Shown here: in pieces, positions 7,368 to 10,607 of the stretch
How positions within the stretch are numbered: the stretch's first letter is position 1
How the letters are laid out: each line of letters begins with the position of its first letter
Assembly (NCBI GenBank): GCA_003133025.1
Contig: PKZK01000105.1
Location: 1 to 10,607, forward strand
Origin: Vulcanimicrobiota bacterium
GTDB taxonomy: Bacteria; Vulcanimicrobiota; Vulcanimicrobiia; Vulcanimicrobiales; Vulcanimicrobiaceae
DNA length: 10,607 nt
Direction of reading: 5' to 3'
The notes under the pieces: generated by a model
The model's input: only the letters and a program-made list of their open reading frames with translations
Databases searched by the model: none
What the model was told of the DNA's origin: nothing
Translations under genes and position numbers: made by a program

Positions 7368-9331
7368 TCGCGCGGCGTCTGGGACTCGCCGCCGTCCTCT
7401 TGGTGTCGCTCGGCCTATCGCTGCTGTGGCTCGTGCGCGTGCCGTTCTTCGAGTCGCCCGACGAAAACGCGCACGCCGACTACGCCTTCACGCTCTACTC
7501 GTTGCGCGCGCCGGTGCCGCTCGCCGGACGTAGGACCGCGACCAACGTGCATCCGCTGGTGGCCTACCTCGAGAGCGCTTCCGAATTCGAAAAACTCCAC
7601 TACAATCCCGACGGCCGCGTGCCGGCCGGGTACGGCAGCCCGGCGTTTCGCCGCACGGTCGCCGCGGGTGCACCCGCCGTGCCGCGCGACTTTCTGGAAC
7701 ACAACGGCGGCCGCGTGCCCTACGTGGCACGCGCCTACTCCTATGGTTACTACGCGTTGGACGCACTCGCGATTTGGGCCGGCGCGCTGCTGAGCAACGG
7801 ATCGGCGACGGCCGAGTTCTTTGCGGCGCGCGCCTTCAACATGCTCTTGCTGCTCTGCTCGCTCGTGCTCGCGTACGCGACGTTCCGCGAGCTGCGCTTG
7901 CCGTACCGCAGCGCGCTCGCGCTGACCGCCACGATCGGATTGTTCCCGTTGACGTCGTGGGTCTCGGCCTACGTCCAGCCCGACAACCTCTCGTTCACCG
8001 CGGTCGCGCTCGCGCTCTATCTCGCCGTTCGCCTGCGCCGCGAGTCCGCAGGCATCGGTGCCTGGGCTGCTCTCGGTTTGGCCTTCGGCCTGTTGGCCTT
8101 GACGAAAGCGCAGTACTACGTGGTCGTCGTCGTGCCGGTGCTCGCGTGGCTGGCGGTACGCGTCGAAACGCCACGCGCTTCGTGGCGCACGTGGGCGGTG
8201 CGCATCGGGCTCTTGCTGCTGCCTTCGCTCTTGGCCGCCGCGTCGGTTCACGGCAGCGTCGTCGGCGCCGACAAACAGGTCACGGGCGGAGCTTCGTTCT
8301 ACGGCAATCCGCTCGGCGCAGCGGCGCATCTGGGACTCGTTCCGTTCGTGCAAACCGCGGTGGGGCTGCTCGCCAAGGCGTTCCTGACCACGTTCTACGA
8401 CGGGCTCTCGTTCGTCGGGTATTGGGGTGGTTTCTCGTGGGACGATACGAAGATCGACTTCGGCTCCGACGAAATAACGCGATTGGTCTATGCCCTTATC
8501 GGCGCCTGTTCGTTGCTGGTCGCGGCGCTCGTGGTGTCGCGCCTGGTTTTCGGCGTGTGGCCGCGGCTGTTCGCGATCGGACGGAGACGCGGTGCGCTCT
8601 CGGCCGCGCGAGTTGCCCTGCGCGACGTGCATCTCAACGCCTACCTGTGCTTCGCGGTCACGATCTTGGGCCTCAACGTCATCACCGGCGGAGGGCTCGG
8701 CTCGGCCGGGCGCTATTGGCTGCCGTTGATCGTCTCGGCGTTGCTCTGCGCGACGCGCTGCGCGCCGCGGGCGCTGCCGCGGCGCTACCGGCGGCCGGTT
8801 GCAGTGAGCATCGGCGGCGCGCTGCTGGCCTACTCGGTCGTGGCCGCGGCCGCTTCGCCGGCGTCGATCGAAGCGCGCTTCTATAGGCCGCCGGCGCACC
8901 CGCTCGATGCGGAGCGGGATGCATTGATCCGTCACGTCGGCGGCCTGCGTCCGCCCGCGCCCGGCGCGCGGCTTCGTTTCGCGGCGAACGCGATCGTCGA
9001 GGTCGACGGCGTCGCGCTCGATTCGCACAACACCGCGCCCGTCGACTACGTCGATGTCGCGGTCGACGGCGTGCGGACCGTGCGCGCCCGCTACGGACTG
9101 CCGGAACCGGCCGTCGCTTCATCGATGAACGACGATCGTTTACTGCATACGGGGTACGTCGCGCGCCTCGACTTGAGCAAGCTCGCGCCCGGCGATCACG
9201 AAATCGGGCTGCTGGTCGGCGAGCCCGGGCGCGCGTCGCCGTGGAAGAGTTTGTCCACGGTGCCGATTACGCTCGAGGCGCCCGCGAGCGGCGCTCAGAC
9301 CGGGGGAATGAAGCGCCGGGCGCCGAGATAA
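7364..9331 (+). CDS. Multi-pass GT-C membrane protein (DUF2142/PMT-like) with C-terminal extracytoplasmic Ig-like domain
   Basis: The GTG start lies in a GTGA overlap (655 aa). TM1 is followed by VPFFESPDENAH (PDExxH), then YYAL, ARAFN, VQPDNL, LTK and GRYWLP. A beta-rich C-terminal domain occupies about 8993-9277. Confidence 0.75.
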   Translation: MIARRLGLAAVLLVSLGLSLLWLVRVPFFESPDENAHADYAFTLYSLRAPVPLAGRRTATNVHPLVAYLESASEFEKLHYNPDGRVPAGYGSPAFRRTVAAGAPAVPRDFLEHNGGRVPYVARAYSYGYYALDALAIWAGALLSNGSATAEFFAARAFNMLLLLCSLVLAYATFRELRLPYRSALALTATIGLFPLTSWVSAYVQPDNLSFTAVALALYLAVRLRRESAGIGAWAALGLAFGLLALTKAQYYVVVVVPVLAWLAVRVETPRASWRTWAVRIGLLLLPSLLAAASVHGSVVGADKQVTGGASFYGNPLGAAAHLGLVPFVQTAVGLLAKAFLTTFYDGLSFVGYWGGFSWDDTKIDFGSDEITRLVYALIGACSLLVAALVVSRLVFGVWPRLFAIGRRRGALSAARVALRDVHLNAYLCFAVTILGLNVITGGGLGSAGRYWLPLIVSALLCATRCAPRALPRRYRRPVAVSIGGALLAYSVVAAAASPASIEARFYRPPAHPLDAERDALIRHVGGLRPPAPGARLRFAANAIVEVDGVALDSHNTAPVDYVDVAVDGVRTVRARYGLPEPAVASSMNDDRLLHTGYVARLDLSKLAPGDHEIGLLVGEPGRASPWKSLSTVPITLEAPASGAQTGGMKRRAPR

Positions 9332-9855
9332 CGGCTGCGAAAATACGGTGCGTCGAAGTTCGACTCGTGGACGTCTGAACCGATGGCTTGGACGAACCAG
9401 CCGCCGCCCAGATAAATGGCCACGTGCGATGCGCCGTACGCGTACGTTTGGAAGAAGAGCAGATCGCCGGGCTCGGGCTCGGCCACGGGTTGTCCCGCGG
9501 CGAATTGGAGATCGGCCGTGCGCGGAATCGGGATGCCCCACATCGCGTAGACGTACTGGACGTAGCCCGAGCAGTCGAAGCCGCGCGGCGTGTTGCCGCC
9601 CCAGAGATACGGCACGCCGAGAAACGCCAGGGCGTAGCGGGCCAAGGCCACGCCGCGGGCCGCGGTGCGCGCGGCGATCGGATCCGGCGTCGGAGCCGCG
9701 GCTGTCGCCGGACGCGGCTTCGGCCGGCGTGCGGGCGCCGGGGTCGACACGCCGTCGACGATCACCTGAACGCCGCCCACGTTGGTCACGGTCGTAGCGC
9801 TCGCGGCAAGCGGGCTTGCTGCGACGAGAGCGGAAGCGAGGAGGAGGCGCAGCAC
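9295..9855 (-). CDS. Secreted NlpC/P60 (C40) peptidoglycan endopeptidase
   Basis: The 186 aa product has a signal peptide (MLRLLLASALVAASPLAASA) and a Pro/Ala/Arg linker. These are followed by LGVPYLWGG, GFDCSG (catalytic Cys), PRTA, PGDLLFF, SHVAIYLG (His), FVQA and YLGARR. Confidence 0.93.
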   Translation of the reverse strand: MLRLLLASALVAASPLAASATTVTNVGGVQVIVDGVSTPAPARRPKPRPATAAAPTPDPIAARTAARGVALARYALAFLGVPYLWGGNTPRGFDCSGYVQYVYAMWGIPIPRTADLQFAAGQPVAEPEPGDLLFFQTYAYGASHVAIYLGGGWFVQAIGSDVHESNFDAPYFRSRYLGARRFIPPV

Positions 9856-9865
9856 GTCACCATGT

Positions 9866-9892
9866 GTATCGGTAGCCGGAGGCGAGACCTGA
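9866..9892 (-). promoter_or_regulatory. Candidate sigma28-family promoter for the NlpC/P60 gene (TCAGG-N14-ACCGATAC)
   Basis: The minus strand reads TCAGG tctcgcctccggct ACCGATAC acatggtgac GTG. The spacing equals the canonical TAAA-N15-GCCGATAA geometry. Confidence 0.42.
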
Positions 9893-9908
9893 ACCTGCGG
9901 GCAGCTCT

Positions 9909-10607
9909 TTGAAGCGACGTCACTCTTTCGACGCGCTCCCCTTCGCGTTGTGGGTTGCGGCCATGGCCGCGATCGCGGGCGTCACGGCCGTGGCCTTGCC
10001 GCACGCCGGTCCGTCCCTCGACTTTGCCCAAGGCACGCGTGTCGCCGGTCACATCGGCGACCGCACCTTGACGCCGCTGCCGGTGATCCAAAACGCGCCC
10101 GGCGCGTGGCCGCTCCTCATCGGATATCTGGCGGCATTCGGCTGCGCCTGCGCGGCGTACGCGGCGATCTGCCGTCTGCCCGACCCCGGCGCGCGAACGA
10201 TCTGGATCGCCTTCGCGCTCGGCGCGGCGGCGATGCTCGCAGTCGGTTTTTATCCGACGAGCGATCCGTATGCCTACGCGCTCTACGCCCTCGAGGCCGG
10301 CCCTCTGCGACTCGATCCCTACGTCACGCAGTCGCTCGCGGGCACGTCGCTGCCCTGGGCCGCGCAGTTGCTCGCGATCTTTCCCGACCCGGACGCCTAC
10401 GTGCGGCATTGCAATTACGGTCCGCTCGCCGTCTTCGCCTACGCCGCGCTCGCGTTGCCGCTCGCACACGCACCGCTGGTCGCCTATCTGTTCGCCGAAC
10501 GCATGTTCGGCATCGCGGGCGTCGCGCTGACGGGACTCGCACTCGCCCGCAGCGCGGCCGGCGTCGAGGGTCGCAAGCGCCTGGCGACATACGTGCTGCA
10601 TCCGCTG
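9909..10607 (+). CDS. Second MptA/MptB-like GT-C glycosyltransferase, 3'-truncated by the window edge (not in ORF track)
   Basis: Translated by hand from TTG 9909 (alternative ATG 9963; in-frame TAG at 9873-9875 upstream), the frame stays open to the window end. It reads MKRRHSFDALPFALWVAAM...FYPTSDPYAYALY...LDPY...HCNYGPLAVF...ERMFG...YVLHPL, and the S-D-x-Y-x-Y, DPY, YGPL and LHPL motifs parallel those of 2206..3606. Confidence 0.82.
   Translation, partial: MKRRHSFDALPFALWVAAMAAIAGVTAVALPHAGPSLDFAQGTRVAGHIGDRTLTPLPVIQNAPGAWPLLIGYLAAFGCACAAYAAICRLPDPGARTIWIAFALGAAAMLAVGFYPTSDPYAYALYALEAGPLRLDPYVTQSLAGTSLPWAAQLLAIFPDPDAYVRHCNYGPLAVFAYAALALPLAHAPLVAYLFAERMFGIAGVALTGLALARSAAGVEGRKRLATYVLHPL

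Noticed and set aside
7415..9028. 537 aa antisense ORF and the 370 aa off-frame ORF (7774..8886) inside the DUF2142-like gene
   Set aside because: Both are shadow ORFs with low-complexity Arg-rich translations and no motifs.
9786..10601. 271 aa minus-strand ORF
   Set aside because: It is the antisense shadow of the real + strand GT-C starting at 9909.
1..10607. CRISPR arrays, tRNA/rRNA genes, IS elements, integrases, defence or toxin genes
   Set aside because: No regularly spaced repeats, cloverleaf or rRNA signatures, terminal inverted repeats, or transposase or nuclease motifs were seen. Nearly all of the sequence is explained by the listed CDSs.

Overview
High-GC bacterial window, almost fully coding. 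At the left, rsmI (- strand) and a stand-alone TIGR00300/LOR-SDH-domain putative ornithine cyclodeaminase (+ strand) are head-to-head, and their likely start codons share base 882. A tightly coupled + strand envelope glycosylation cluster follows: an MptA/MptB-like GT-C, an acyltransferase-3, a DPM1-like GT2 with two C-terminal TM helices, a soluble GT2, a divergent GT9-like protein and a DUF2142-like GT-C with a C-terminal Ig-like domain. Next come a convergent NlpC/P60 peptidase (- strand) and a second MptA/MptB-like GT-C that is missing from the ORF track and runs off the right edge. Several ORF-track starts are over-extended, so corrected starts are given here. The most notable non-coding signal is a repeated sigma28 (FliA/SigD/WhiG)-like promoter motif. 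Two copies (2150-2178, 4709-4737) have identical spacing and an ATG exactly 7 nt after the -10 box, suggesting leaderless starts. A third candidate lies upstream of the NlpC/P60 gene. In the first copy the ATG opens a 7-codon mini-ORF whose stop overlaps the GT-C start. All family calls come from recognising motifs by eye; no searches were run.
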